Below are positions 23,347-35,628 of a stretch of 64,000 nucleotides of DNA, piece after piece. The stretch is from Blastocladiella emersonii ATCC 22665 (Eukaryota; Fungi; Blastocladiomycota): assembly GCA_025594325.1 (NCBI GenBank), contig JANHCV010000001.1:3596001-3660000 (forward strand). The letters run 5' to 3'. Under the pieces are notes generated by a model. That model made no database searches and was not told the origin of the DNA. It saw only the letters and a list, made by a program, of their open reading frames with translations. The position numbers and the translations under genes are program-made. The stretch's first letter is position 1. Every line of letters begins with the position of its first letter.

Positions 23347-25701
23347 CTACATGCGGTGGTTGTGGTTGACGGTCGACGTGCGGCGGCGGTTGAGCGAGAC
23401 GAGCCCGGTGGCCTTCTCCTCGGGGCTCTGGTCGATCGCACCGGCCGCGAACCGGACCGCCGGCTGGCCCTCGCGCGCGCCGCCGCCGCTACCCCCACCA
23501 CTGCCGCTCGCGGGCGCGCCCTGGCCCGCGGGCAGCGACGGCTCGGCGGGGTTGAACTTGGTGACGATGCCGCTGCGCATCGGGTTGGTGAGGACCGTGG
23601 GCGCGCCCTTGACGCTGGCGGCGGCCGTGGCCGCGAGCACGCGCACCTCGTGGCGCGAGATGGCGTCCTTGACGCGATTGACGAGCGTGGCCGCGCTGCG
23701 CGGCGCGATCAGGTCGTTGAGCATGGTCCAGATGGGCAGGACCTTGGTGCGCAGGAAGTCGACCTGCGACCGCGAGACCGTCGCCGTGTCGACGGGGTTC
23801 AGCGGGCGCCGAAGCTGCTTCATCTCCCGGTTCAGCTCCTCGTACAGGTTGCCGCTCCACGCGTCGGCGACGGGGGCCGGGCGCAGCTCGTTGCTCAGGT
23901 CGGCTGCCTTGAGGATGGTTTGCAGGAGCTACGGGCGCGGGCGAGGAGGGAGTGAGTGATCGGTCATGGCCACGGTGCAGCCGCGCGAGAAAGTGTACGC
24001 ACCACCGTGAGATGCGCGGGGTCGGCGACCGAGAGCTTGGTGCCGACGAGGCGGAGGCCCTGGGCGAGGACCTGGTCGTGCTTGCCCATGTCGGTGGCGA
24101 GGATGAGCTGGGTGATGACCTGGCGGAAGTGCTTGGCCTCGGACGGCTCGAGGTTGCGCAGGATGCTGTGGCGCGACTTGAGCAGGGCCATGGTCAGGCC
24201 CGCGTGGTGGTTCTCCATCGGGCACGTGTCGTTGTACATGGTCGCCAGCGTCGACTCGGTGTTGACGTGGTACATGTTGGTCAGGCCCTCGTGGTCAATG
24301 TCGTGGCACACTGGACGCGAGGGGAGAGCGTGAGTTGCAGTGGTTCGGGCGAGCGGCGAGCGCGCAGGGTGACGACGTACGGCACGCGATGATGAGCATG
24401 GTCGACACGGCCTCGGAGAGCTCGTCGATGAGCCCCGTCTCCTTGAGGATGATGAAGCCCTACACGCGATGGCCATGGCTGTGGTCAGCACAGTCCCGAT
24501 CCGAACCCACCACCCCCGAGACGCGTACAATCTGGGTGACGCAAAAGGCGTGGGCAAAGTTGTGGAACGGGGGCGTGTTGTAGTTGACCTGGACGCTGCG
24601 GACAAAGTGGATCAAGTCCTCGCTCGTAATGTCCGGGAGGCACGCGAGGGCGCCGACCTCCTCGAGCATCCACGCGATCGCGACCGCCTGCTGCTCGCTG
24701 CTGAGGTCAAAGTTGGACATGAGCACGCTGTCAAGCGTGTGCTGCTCGCGCAGCCGCGTCGTCGCGACCATGCGCGACTGGCGCCGCTCGAGCGTCGAGG
24801 TCGTGCCGTTCACGTCGTCGCGCTTGGACGGGCTGCGCGTCATGCCCTGCGACCCGGCCGCCACGGGCACCGGCGCCGGCGGCGCGTGCAGCGCGGTCCG
24901 GTTCACGCGCAGCTTGCGCGGGATGTACGCGCGCGCCGAGCTGCCCATGGTCGCGGGCGCAGCCGGCGGGCGCGCGGCGCCGCCGCCGCCGTTGGCCGAC
25001 CCGCCGAGCGGCGTCGGCTCGCCCGCGCCATCCTCGCCCTCGTCTTCTTCCTTGAGCGACTCCTTGGTGGCGGCGGCGAGGGCCGCGCTGGTCGTGCCGG
25101 TTGTGGTCGAGGTGCCGGCGGCGGCGGCGCCGGTGCCGCTACCCTTGGCCTTGAGCGAGTGGTGGTCGTGGTGGATGGGCTGGTCGGGGATGAAGTCGCG
25201 GATCAGGTCGTAGGCCTGCAGGGCGCCGGCGATGCTCGAGGCGCGGCGCTTCTTGCCCTGCGGGGTCTCCTCCTCGTCGAGGCCGCGGCCGTCGGCGACG
25301 GCGCCCGTGTCGGGCAGCTCGCGGTACGTGATCGCATAGTTGGCGGCCTCGACGACGCGGTTGGGCCCGTAGACGCCCGAGGTGGCCGAGGGCATGGCGG
25401 CGGCGGTGGTAGTGGTAGTCGAGTCCGAGATAGCGGTGGTCGGGGACGGGCGCAGGAAGCGGGTGCGGACGGCGCGCAGCTCGCGGCGGCGATGGAGCGC
25501 CAGCAGGTACGAGTCGAGAACGGAGGCGGGTGCGGCGCGCGATGAGGCGGGAGGGCGCTTGGACGATGCGGATGGGAGATGGGACGCGGCGTTCTGCTTC
25601 TTGTTGCTGCTCTTGGCGAGGACAGGGGGCTCGGCAGTGGATCGAGACTGGTGGCGGGAGCGGGGGGAGGACGAGGGTGCGTTGCGGGGGGTTGCCGGCA
25701 T
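23347..25701 (-). CDS. Class I (HD-domain) cyclic nucleotide phosphodiesterase, divergent; 4 exons
   Basis: FHNFAHA, CHDIDHEGLTN, ENHH, LATDM, KAADLSN, SQVDF. Long low-complexity N-terminus, so the start codon is uncertain. Three GT-AG introns. Confidence 0.85.
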
Positions 25702-26191
25702 ACTAGCAGGCCATGGTCTCGCTGCGTGAGGCGGGAGGCGATGATATTGCCGGATGTCTGCGGTCTTTATACGCGGCGGGGGACACGATCGCGATCAGGG
25801 ACGGGTTCGGCTTCGGCGGGCGGAGCAGGAGCGGGGGCGGTTACCTCCGGACTGCAGGGAACGACTGTGCGCTGGCGAAGCCTCGGTGGACGAGCGGCAG
25901 GGCGGAGGTCCGATCACGGTCCGGGACGGGACGGGCGATTAATTGCGTGTAGTGTGGTTCGCGAAAAGCGTGCCGAGAAACGACGCTCGCGGGGCGCAGC
26001 GCACGACGGCGGGTGGCGGAGTTGAGGGGAGACGCGTCGTGTCTCGCACGCGCGTCTCGCACCGGTCACGCCGCGCTCGGTCAGCGCCATCGGATCCCCG
26101 GCGAGCTCTCAAGACGCCTCTCCACGCGCTGGGACGGGGTCAAAACGAATGAGGGGTCTTATTACATGTACAGGGGAGAGGGGTTGGGCGC

Positions 26192-26537
26192 TCAGTAGAG
26201 CATGGACACGGCCATGAGGACGCAGCACAGCGACACGTATGGGCTCAGGCGCTCGCCGATGCGCGAGAACTTCCAGAAGACGCCCGTGAACCTACACACG
26301 ACGGTAGGAGTGTGGTCAGTGCAAGGCGGTCGAGCAGCGTGCGAGACGGAAGAGTACCCTTGGCGACTACTGAGAAGAGATGGGACCTGGGCCTTGACGT
26401 AGGCGCAGGTGCAGATCAGGAGGAGCAGCGCGAGCAGCAGCGACTGGAAGTTGAACAGGGCCGACTGTGGTGGTTAAGGTGGGGCGAGGTTAGGACTCGT
26501 CGCCAAGGCTGGCCGGGTTCGAGAGACTGCGTTCCAT
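26192..26537 (-). CDS. KSH1: Protein Kish (TMEM167/Ksh1), 69 aa; exons 26535-26537 (ATG), 26358-26464, 26192-26291
   Basis: M|SALFNFQSLLLALLLLICTCAYVKAQVPSLLSSRQG|FTGVFWKFSRIGERLSPYVSLCCVLMAVSMLY is unmistakably Kish. Absent from the ORF track. Intron 1 as sequenced starts GA, not GT. Confidence 0.9.
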
Positions 26538-26641
26538 GGTAGACTGGTTGACGTTGCGCCAAGTTGCGTTGCGTGATGGCTCAAAGGTCGAACGAGGGCG
26601 AGGGGTGGCTCGGCAGCGCACGGCGCACGGGCGAGCAGCGT

Positions 26642-26659
26642 GCGTGGCGGCCGCCACGC
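26642..26659. promoter_or_regulatory. Perfect 18-bp palindrome in the KSH1/CSN1 divergent intergenic region
   Basis: GCGTGGCGG|CCGCCACGC is a perfect inverted repeat. Its function is inferred only from position. Confidence 0.35.
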
Positions 26660-26795
26660 GTTGACCGTGTCGATCTCCTCGGCGAGCGACTCACTTTCGT
26701 GCTGCCGCCGCTCCCATCCTCTCTCCTCCGCTGCTCAACGACGACCCGACGCGGACGTCCCACCTCCTCCCACTGCAACGCATCGACCCAGCACC

Positions 26796-28277
26796 ATGGA
26801 TAGCTTCCCCGACCTGACGGCGACCGACGTGTACCTCGAGGACGCCTCGAGCCCGTCCAAGCGGCAGCGCAACGCGCAGGTGGTGGTGCAGAACCCGACG
26901 CTCGACCTCGACACGTACATTGCCGGGTACGAGGGCCGCGCCAAGATCGGCCGCCTCATCTTCATCGCGTCGCGGTGCCCGCCGCTCGCCGCCGACGCGT
27001 ACAAGGCGGCGCTGGCCCTCATCAAGGACGAGACGCTCGACTCGGCGCTGTACCTCGACATTGCCGCGCGGTTCAACGCGCACCTCGCCGACGCGGGGCT
27101 CCCGCCCGCCGAGATCGACAGCGCGTGGGTCGAGGACGCGCAGCGCCAGGCGCGCACGGGCGCCAGCAAGCTCGAGGCCGAGGTCAAGTCGTACAAGGCC
27201 AACTCGATCAAGGAGAGCATCCGCATGGGGTACACGGACCTCGGCAACCACTACTACAAGTGCGGCGCCATGAGCGACGCCGTCCAGGCCTTCTCGCGCG
27301 CCCGCGAGTACGCGTCCGACCCCAAGCTCGCCGTCGGCGTGACCGTGCAGCTCGCCCAGTGCTACCTGCAGCTCGGCCAGTACAACCCGCTGCAGGTCCA
27401 GGTGTCCAAGCTCGCCGGCATGGTCAGCGACAAGTCCAACGCCCCGACCCACTCGCTCGTGCGCGTGTTCCGCGCCCTCACGGCGCTGCGCGACACGCAG
27501 TTTGCCGAGGTGGCCAAGGAACTCGCCCAGCTGCAGCTCGCCGACACGGCCGACCACATCACGCAGGTGATGACGGCGGCCGACGTGGCCGTGGTCACGG
27601 TGCTGTGCGCGCTGGCGACGTACTCGCGGTCCCAGCTCAAGGCGCTGATCGAGAACTCGTCGTTCCGGTCGTTCCTCGAGCTCGACCCGCCGATCCGCGA
27701 CACGCTGCTGCACTTCTACCACTCCAAGTACGCCAAGTGCCTGGAGCTGCTGGCGCAGTACCGCGACGACCGGCTGCTCGACACGTACCTGTCGCAGCAC
27801 GTCGAGACGCTGTACAAGAAGATCCGCGACCGCGCGCTCGTCCAGTACTGCTCGCCCTTCTCGTCGGTGCACCTGCCCAAGATGGCCGCCGTGTTCGCGT
27901 GCAACGTGGACGCGCTCGAGGCCGAGCTCGTCGGCCTCATCGAGAACCGCGTCCTCGACGCCCGCATCGACTCGCACGGCAAGATCCTCCGCGCCAAGCA
28001 CACGGACGAGCGCATGCGCGCCTTCCGCAACGCCCTCGACTACGGCGACCAGCTCGCCCTCACCCAGCACCAGGCCATGCTCAAGATGTCGCTCATCCAC
28101 CACGGGCTCGCCGTCGTCCCCGCCAAGGGCAACTCCGGCGGTGGCCAGGGTGGGAGCGGTGGTAACGCCCGCGACATCCAGCGCGAGTTCTTTGCGGCCG
28201 GCCTCGCGGGTGGGCCGTTCATGGACAGCGCCGGGTCGATCGGCGCGCTGTCCGACGAGGACGCCATGATGGGCTGA
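26796..28277 (+). CDS. CSN1: COP9 signalosome subunit 1; single exon
   Basis: LDLDTYIAGYEG...RLIFIA, DSAWVE, YKANSIKESIRMG...DLGNHY...A...FSRAREY, FRSFLELDP and a PCI domain ending LDARIDSHGKILRA. Confidence 0.93.
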   Translation: MDSFPDLTATDVYLEDASSPSKRQRNAQVVVQNPTLDLDTYIAGYEGRAKIGRLIFIASRCPPLAADAYKAALALIKDETLDSALYLDIAARFNAHLADAGLPPAEIDSAWVEDAQRQARTGASKLEAEVKSYKANSIKESIRMGYTDLGNHYYKCGAMSDAVQAFSRAREYASDPKLAVGVTVQLAQCYLQLGQYNPLQVQVSKLAGMVSDKSNAPTHSLVRVFRALTALRDTQFAEVAKELAQLQLADTADHITQVMTAADVAVVTVLCALATYSRSQLKALIENSSFRSFLELDPPIRDTLLHFYHSKYAKCLELLAQYRDDRLLDTYLSQHVETLYKKIRDRALVQYCSPFSSVHLPKMAAVFACNVDALEAELVGLIENRVLDARIDSHGKILRAKHTDERMRAFRNALDYGDQLALTQHQAMLKMSLIHHGLAVVPAKGNSGGGQGGSGGNARDIQREFFAAGLAGGPFMDSAGSIGALSDEDAMMG

Positions 28278-28577
28278 GGAGCTGTTGGAGAGGGTTTTGT
28301 ACACGCACACGCAGATATACCGCCGCGGTTTGATTTTCACACTGATGCAGGCCAAGCGAGAAGAGAAGAAAAACGCGCGACGCGGCGCGCGCCTACGACC
28401 AGTCAGGTGACGCCACCTGAGCCGCTCGCTCCACGCCCCTCACGCTGCGCTTCCCCTGCTGCTGCCGTGGTGGCGGCTGCCCGCGGGCGGGGCGCGCGCG
28501 CACGATCGCGGCCGTGATCCGCGCGTGCATGGTGACGCGAGTGCTCCGTAGCTACCTGCAACCGCCCCGCTGCTGCC

Positions 28578-29764
28578 ATGTCTGACCACGAGATCAACAA
28601 CGTCGAGAACGAGGAGGCATGTCCTTGCGCTCGCGCCACGCTGCTCTTGCGATCAGGCGCTAACGGTCGCGCCCTGCTGTTGCGTAGGTCTTTGACCCCT
28701 CGCTCATGAAGAAGAAGAAGAAGAAGACCAAGAAGGCCGTCCCCGCCGCCTTCGACGAGGAGGCCGCCGCCGCTCCCGCTGAGGCCGCCCCCGTCGAGAC
28801 CGCCGCCGCTCCTGAGGCCGACGATGAGGAACTCGACCTCAGCAAGATGAAGAAGAAGAAGTCCAAGTCCAAGAAGGTCAAGGTCGTCCCCGCCGAGCTC
28901 GTCGCCGATGACGAGGACGAGGAGCCCGCGGCCGCCGCTGAGCGCGACGGCGAGGCCGAGGACGAGGACGAGGAGCCCCTCGAGGATATCGAGGACGAGA
29001 TCCCCGACGAGGAGACCGGCATGGTGTTTGCCGCCGACGGTACGGTCCGCGCGAGATCGGGTTAGTGCTGGAGGAGAGCTGACTCGAGCTCGCGCTGTAT
29101 AGGCGAGGCCACGGCCGAGACCTGGCTCGGTACCGACCGCGACTACACCTACGACGAGGTACATTCACCCGTCACCGTACAATCCTCGTCGACGGATCGC
29201 TGACCCCGCCGTCCCCGCCCCGCACCAGATCCTGTCCCGCGTCTTCCGCATCCTGCACGAGCACAACCCGGCGCTGGCCGGCGGCCGCAAGCGCTACACG
29301 ATTGTGCCGCCGCAGGTGGCGCGCGAGGGTTCCAAGAAGACGGCGTTTGCCAACATTGCCGACATCTGCAACCGCATGCGCCGTAACTTTGACCACGTGG
29401 TGCAGTTCCTGTACGCCGAGCTGGGTACCTCCGGGTCCGTCGACGGGTCGCAGCGCCTCATCATCAAGGGCCGCTTCCAGCCCAAGCAGATCGAGAACGT
29501 GCTCCGCCGCTACATTGGTACGCTCTTGTTTGGCTGGCGTGGTGTGGCGGATCGGGGACTGACGGAGTTGTGCGCGCGTGTGTAGTCGAGTACGTGACGT
29601 GCAAGACGTGCAAGTCGCCCGAGACGATCCTGCGCAAGGAGAACCGCCTCTTCTTCATGCAGTGCGAGTCGTGCGGCTCGACGCGGTCCGTGTCGGCCAT
29701 CCAGACCGGTTTCAAGGCCCAGACCGGCTCGCGCAAGGCCGCCAAGGCCAAGGCCGCCGCCTAA
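28578..29764 (+). CDS. SUI3: Translation initiation factor eIF2 beta; 5 exons, first intron GC-AG (28617-28687)
   Basis: Polylysine K-boxes, [41 protein letters not shown]...LIIKGRF and the zinc ribbon [10 protein letters not shown]...CESCGS. Confidence 0.95.
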
Positions 29765-29880
29765 GCTGTCGCCGTCCACTCGTCGTCGTCATTGCCTACC
29801 CCATCGCGTCTCTCGCTCGCTGTCGCCCGTTAGTCCTCGTTTTGATGTATTCTTTCTTGTCTGCTCCCCGTCGTCCCATG

Positions 29881-29918
29881 TCGTGTCGTGATTGTGGAGT
29901 CGTGTCGTGATTGTGGAG
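29881..29918. repeat. Exact 19-bp tandem duplication (TCGTGTCGTGATTGTGGAG x2)
   Basis: Units 29881-29899 and 29900-29918 are identical. Located between the eIF2beta stop and the TYR1 start. Confidence 0.9.
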
Positions 29919-30056
29919 TCAAGACCGCGAGCGCGCTGATTGGCCGCGACGCGCAAAACTCGAGTCACCGACCACCGACCGACCCTTCAAGAGCGCGCTT
30001 GGCCGCCGCGTTGCGTCCCTTCTCTCCCCGCCGCATCTTTGCAACGTAGCACCACC

Positions 30057-31588
30057 ATGAATCCTATGTCAAACGGACCAGCAGCGGCCGCCGCCGTCGT
30101 CGACAAGTCGACCTTCGAGATCGGGATCATCGGTCCGCGCCCACCCTCACCACCACCACCGCGTTCCAACCCCGCCTGACAACCGTGGACTCTAGGCATG
30201 GGCGACATGGGCCGTCTGTACGCGCGGCGGATGTACGCGGCCGGGTGGACCAAGATCAACGTGTGCGACCTGCCCGACAAGACCGAAGCGCTGCGCCGAG
30301 AGTTCCCCGAGTACAACGTGGTCGACAACGGGCACCTCGTCAGCCGCCGCAGCGACCTCGTCATCTACTCGGTCGAGGCCAAGTTCATTGCTGACGTCGT
30401 CAAGGCGTACGGGCCGTGTACGTTTCTCGGAGGGGGAGGGGTTGGAAGGCGGGAGCTAACGCGCGCGCGTGCGTGGGTGGTGCAGCGACCAAGGTCGGCG
30501 CGATCGTCGGCGGGCAGACGTCCGTGAAGGCGCCCGAGATCGCGGCGTTCGAGGCGTACCTCCCCGCGGACGTGCACATCGTGACGATGCACTCGATGCA
30601 CGGCCCCAACGTGTCTCCGCGCGGCCAGCCGCTGGTCCTGATTCCGCACCGCGCGACGCCCGCGGCCGCGTCGACCGTCGAGCAAGTCCTCGCGTGCCTC
30701 GAGTCCAAACTCGTCCGCCTGTCCGCGGCCGAGCACGACCGCGTGACGGCCGACACGCAGGCCGTGACGCACCTGGCGTTCAAGTCCATGGGCAGCGCGT
30801 GGAAGACGCGCACGTCGTACCCGTGGGAGGACGTGACGTACGTCGGCGGCGTCGATAACGTCAAGGTCGCCATGACCCTGCGCATCTACTCCAACAAGTG
30901 GCACGTGTACGCCGGGCTCGCCCTGCTCAACCCGGCCGCGCGCAGGCAGATCGCCCAGTACGCGAGCTCCGTCGAGGCGCTGTTCGCGCTCATGATCACC
31001 GAGAACGAGGCCGCGTTCCGCGCACGGGTCGAGGCGGCCGCGCAGTTCGTGTTCGGCGACCCCGCGGTCAAGGACCGCCCGCTCCTCCTCGCTGACGCGC
31101 TGCTCGACCAGTACACGCTGGCGCAGCACGACACCCCCACTCCCACGCCAACGGCCCGTCCCTCGACCGCCCCCTCCATGGCGCGCAACAGCCACCTCTC
31201 CCTCCTCGCCATGGTCGACTGCTGGCACGCGCTCGGCATCAACCCGTACCAGAACCTGATCTGCCAGACCCCGCCGTTCCGCCTGTGGCTGGGCATTGTC
31301 GAGTACGTGTTCCGGACGCCCGCGGTGCTCGAAGCCGCCGTCGACGCGGCGCTGCACTGCAAGGAGCTGCGCGCCGACGACCTGGCGTTCGTCGCCGCGG
31401 CCGCGGGCTGGGCGCAGACGATCCTGCAGGGCCACTTTGACAGCTACCAGGCGCGGTTCGAGGACACGCAGGCGTTTTTCGCTGACCGGCTCGAGGACGG
31501 GCGCCGCGTGTCGGCCAAGATCATTGAGACGGTCGCGGCGAATATGCGCGCTGAGGAGGCAGCGGTGGCCGCGGGTGGGGCGAAGTAG
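30057..31588 (+). CDS. TYR1: Prephenate dehydrogenase (fungal TYR1 type); 3 exons
   Basis: Rossmann motif EIGIIG|GMGDMG, GGQTSVKAPE, HSMHGP, EHDRVTADTQAVTH, YSNKWHVYAGLALLNP, CQTPPFRLWLG. Confidence 0.93.
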
Positions 31589-31714
31589 GCAGAGCAGAGT
31601 GAAACGGTATATAGGGTGTTTGGTTTATGGTGTGCGGCTCCCTCGGTCGGTCGACGGACGATGGATGCAATGATGGTCAAAACTAGGCGAGTATCAGTCG
31701 AATTCTGCTGCTGC

Positions 31715-34700
31715 TTACGAGGGCGACAGCAGCGTGATGTTCTGCGCCGACGTCTCGCGGCGGAACGCGCTACACGAACACGAGTCAGCGTCGCACCAGC
31801 AAACCAACGACCCCAAAGAAACGTACCCAATGTTGTTAGTCAACCGGTCGCGCGACTTGGACGTGAGCGCGAAATCGACGTCCTTGAGCAGGTCCGCGAC
31901 GAGCTCGGCGACGAGCGGCTGGCGCGCGGGGAGCTGCGACCGGACGAGCGACGCGCAGTACGAGTCGAAAAAGTCCTGGTTGAGCAGGATCAGCGGCAGG
32001 AGCGGCCGCGACAGCGACCACTGGATCTGCGTGTCCTCGAACAGCAGCGCGTTGAGGATCAGCGTCATCCAGTACGTCAGCAGGTCCGGGAACTGCGAGA
32101 AGGCGACGATCACGCAGTGCAGCGCCGGCGACCGCGCCTGCATCGGGGACCCCGGGCCGCCCTGCTGCTGCTGTTGCTTGACGGCGCGCATCTGCTCGCT
32201 GTACAGGAACGTGGCCACGTTATCCACGACGTTGGCGGGGACCGCGACCGCGGGCTGCTTGAGCGCCTCGGCGATCGCCTGGCCCATGTACGCGAAGAAG
32301 TTGGCGTCGAGGTTGGTCACGAGCGCCAGGTGCTGCGCCTGCGTCAGCGTCTCGCACAGCTCGAAGAAGGCCTGTGCCAGTTTCGGGTACGACATGAGGT
32401 GCGGCGTCGGGATGCGCAGGCACAGCGCCGAGACCGACGCGAGCGCGCCCTCAAACGCGTCGTCGCGGTACAGCCCGAACACGCCGAAATTGGCGTACCC
32501 GCCCGACAGACTCGCCTTGAGGATGCGCATGGTGACGGCGATCCCCTTGTACATGGTCCGGTACGCGTCGTGGTCCGAGGTGGGTGCGGGCGCGGCGAGG
32601 ACGTGCGTCGCGTAGACGCGCAGCAGGCGCGACGTTTCGCGGAACAGGAGGATGCCGTTGACCGAGTTGAGGTCGAACACGAGCCGGTTGCTGCGGTTGA
32701 GGACGAGCTCGCTGAAGAACTTGAGCAGGGCGACGGCCACCTCGGGGGTGCCCGCGAGCGCGTCCATGGCGGCGACCACGAGCTCGATCTTGCCCGGGTA
32801 CAGCCAGTCCCAGAACAGGCTGAAGTTGCTCTTGTTGGTGACGGACGTCAGGCACCCGCGCAGGTCGCGGAACAGGCCGATGAGCGTGCGCTGCGCGAGC
32901 GGCGTCTTGAGCGCGTGCGCGTCGCCCGACGCGTGGATGCGCGCGAGCGCCGCGAACCGGTCGTCGAGCGGGCGCACGAACGCGGCAAACTGGTCGTCCG
33001 ACACGTCCTCGCAGAACAGGATCCGGGACAGCGTCGTGTAGTACCCGGTACGCGTGGACGGGCACGCGTCGAGGAAAGCGAAGGCGTGGTCCTGCAGCAG
33101 CGCCTTGGTGGCGTCGAGCTTGGCCATGAGCTTGACGCTGACGTAGCCGAGCGACAGGTCGTGCAGGAGGCGCAGCGTCTTGTCGATGAGGGTGCGCTCG
33201 GACGGGTGGGTGCGCAGCACGCGCACGATCTGCCGCGTAAAGACCTCCATGGCGTGCTCCTGCTCGGCGATGCCGAGCGCGGAGCTGAGCGGGTCGTACA
33301 CCTTGGACGCGCGCTGCGCCGACTCGCCAATGTACGACTTGCGGAATTGCGAGTAAAAGTACAGGAACGCGTGTTCCGTGTACACGGGCTTGGACGGCGC
33401 CGACTGCTGCAGCTCGAGCGCCTTGAAGATCAGGCACGCGAGCTCGCCGTCGAGCTGGTCGTGCACGTCGGGCGACTGGTACGGGATGCGCGAGCCGACG
33501 AGCGCTCCTGCGACGTAGATGAGGTACGTGAGCTGGCGCTCGGCGAGCGGCGAGTAGGTGCTCTACGGGTTGAGGGGTCAGTGAGAGCGCGGCGGATCGT
33601 GAATGTGAGAGGAACGAACCTGGTACGACATGAGGACCGTGTTGAGCGTGGACAGGACAAACTTGGCGAGGTCGTCGTAGACGCGTCGGGCGAAGGTGGC
33701 GAGGGTCTCGATGTTCACAATCATGGGCTCCTCCTCGTCGAAAAAGTCTACGGGAGCGCGCCGTGAGCTGGTTAGCGCAAGCGCAACGCACACGCGAAAC
33801 ACGGCAGAAGCGTACTCTCGAGGTCCTTCGCAATGATCGCTTCGAACGCGTCGACCCTGGAAGCAATGTAGTTCTGAGCGACGTGGAGCGAGTACTGGTC
33901 GAGCTTCTCGTTGTTGGGGATAGCGGCGGTGGCGCTCTTGGCCCAGAAGGTGAGGAGGTAGTGGTCCGAGTTGGGCGACCAGTTCCACGAGACGAGTCCC
34001 TGGGTCGAGAACTGGGTCACGGCCTCGAGCCAGGCGGGGAACTCGTCGCGCGACGAGAGCTCCGTGTGGTGGTAGGTGGTCTTGAAGCGAGCGAGCGTCT
34101 TGCACACCTCGTGGTAGTTTTCGGCCTGGTCGAGGCCAATGTTCTGGGACATGACGGCGACCAGGTTGTGCATGATGGCGCCGGCCCACACCAGGCGCTC
34201 CTTGTCGTTGTAGAGCGAGCGGCGGACCGAGACGACAAACGAGATGCACTCCATGATGGCGGACGCGGTGGCGACGGTGGCGGATGCGGAGGACGGGGGG
34301 CTCATGCCCATGGACATGGCCGAGGACCCGTCGGTCATGGCGTTGGCGGCGTCGGTCGCCTTGGCGGCGGCGTCAATGTAGCAGCGGAACAGCAGGTTGA
34401 CAAAGTTCTCGTCGAGGATAGAGCGCCACGAGGAGGGGACCTGCAGCGAGCCGACGTCGTCGGACGACTCGTCGGGCGAGGTGCCGATGAAGTCGAAGCT
34501 GAGGCAGGCGCGCAGCAGGGTGACGGCCGAGGAGACGTAGGTTGTCCGCTCGGCGTCGGAGGAGAAGGAGAGCGAGTTGCCGATGACGCGCTGGAGAAAG
34601 GAGACGCCGGTCTGGAAGACCTGGATGAGCTGCGAGTCGCGGAAGGCGATGACGGCCTTGCGGTGCTTGGCGACGCGGGTGGAGCTCGACGAGGGCGCGT

Positions 34701-35244
34701 TCATCTCGGAGACGAGGGTGTAGAGGACAAAGGCGCCCGAGATCTGGTGCGGGATCGAGGCGTGGATGAAGGCGTTGAGGTCGGCCATGACGTCGGTGAA
34801 CTCGTCGGCGTCGAACCAGGCCATCTTGAGCATGAGGGCGAGGACCTGGGCGAGCGCGGACGTGACGAAGCGCTCGGCGTGGACGTGGGTCTGCAGGAAG
34901 TTGAGGACGTAGGTCTTGAGCTGGATCTTCTGCTCGAGGGCGAGCAGCGAGAAGTGGTTGAGGACCAGGGCCTTGAGGTGGTTGATGGCGAAGGTCAGGA
35001 CGTAGGGGTCGGTGGCGGCTTCAAGCAGGATCGAGGTCTGGGCGATGCCGTCGATGGGGGTGGTGGCGGTGAAGGCGAGCTCGGCGCCTGTGGGCGGCAG
35101 CGCGGCGACGGCGGCGTCGGCGGCCGTAAACGACGGGAAGGCGCGGGCGAGGGCCGTCTCGGCGCGCTTGCGGTCGGCGGGCGACGCGGCCGTGTACAGC
35201 TGGCGGCACAGCGCCTGCACGCTTGCGAGCGTGGCGTCATCCAT
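31715..35244 (-). CDS. XPO7: Exportin-7 / RanBP16-17 family karyopherin; 4 exons
   Basis: LCRQLY...RKRAETAL, LKTYVLNFL, KMAWFD, HRKAVIAFRDSQL, CLSFDFIGTSPDES...LQVPSSW, FYSQFRKSYIGE, LIGLFRDLRG, VLNRSNRLVFDLNSVNGILLFRE, WSLSRPLLPLIL. Confidence 0.9.
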
Positions 35245-35628
35245 GGTGTTGGTGGTTTCTTGTCGCTGGCGCCGGGGGTCGATGCGTGGCAGCTCCGTCG
35301 CGTTGCGTAGCGTTTCCGTGTGCGAGCGTCGCGTCGATCGGCGTGTGGGATGTCGTGAGGGAGGGGAGGAGAGGCGGCGTGGCGAGCGGCCGCCGCAGGA
35401 CCGACCGGGGGCGACCGGCGACCCGAGGGGGCCCGAAAACGCGGCCACGTGAGCCCCTCTGGCGCGCGCGTTCCTCTTGTCGCGGTGGCGCTCGCTCGCG
35501 CTGACTTTTTGCCCCGCTCGCTCTCCCCTCCCCGCTCAAGGGACACTGCGCCGCACCGCCGGCTCTCCCTGCAACGCAATCAGCACCACGCATCGACCCC
35601 TGCCTGAGCGCGATCCACTCGCGGAACC

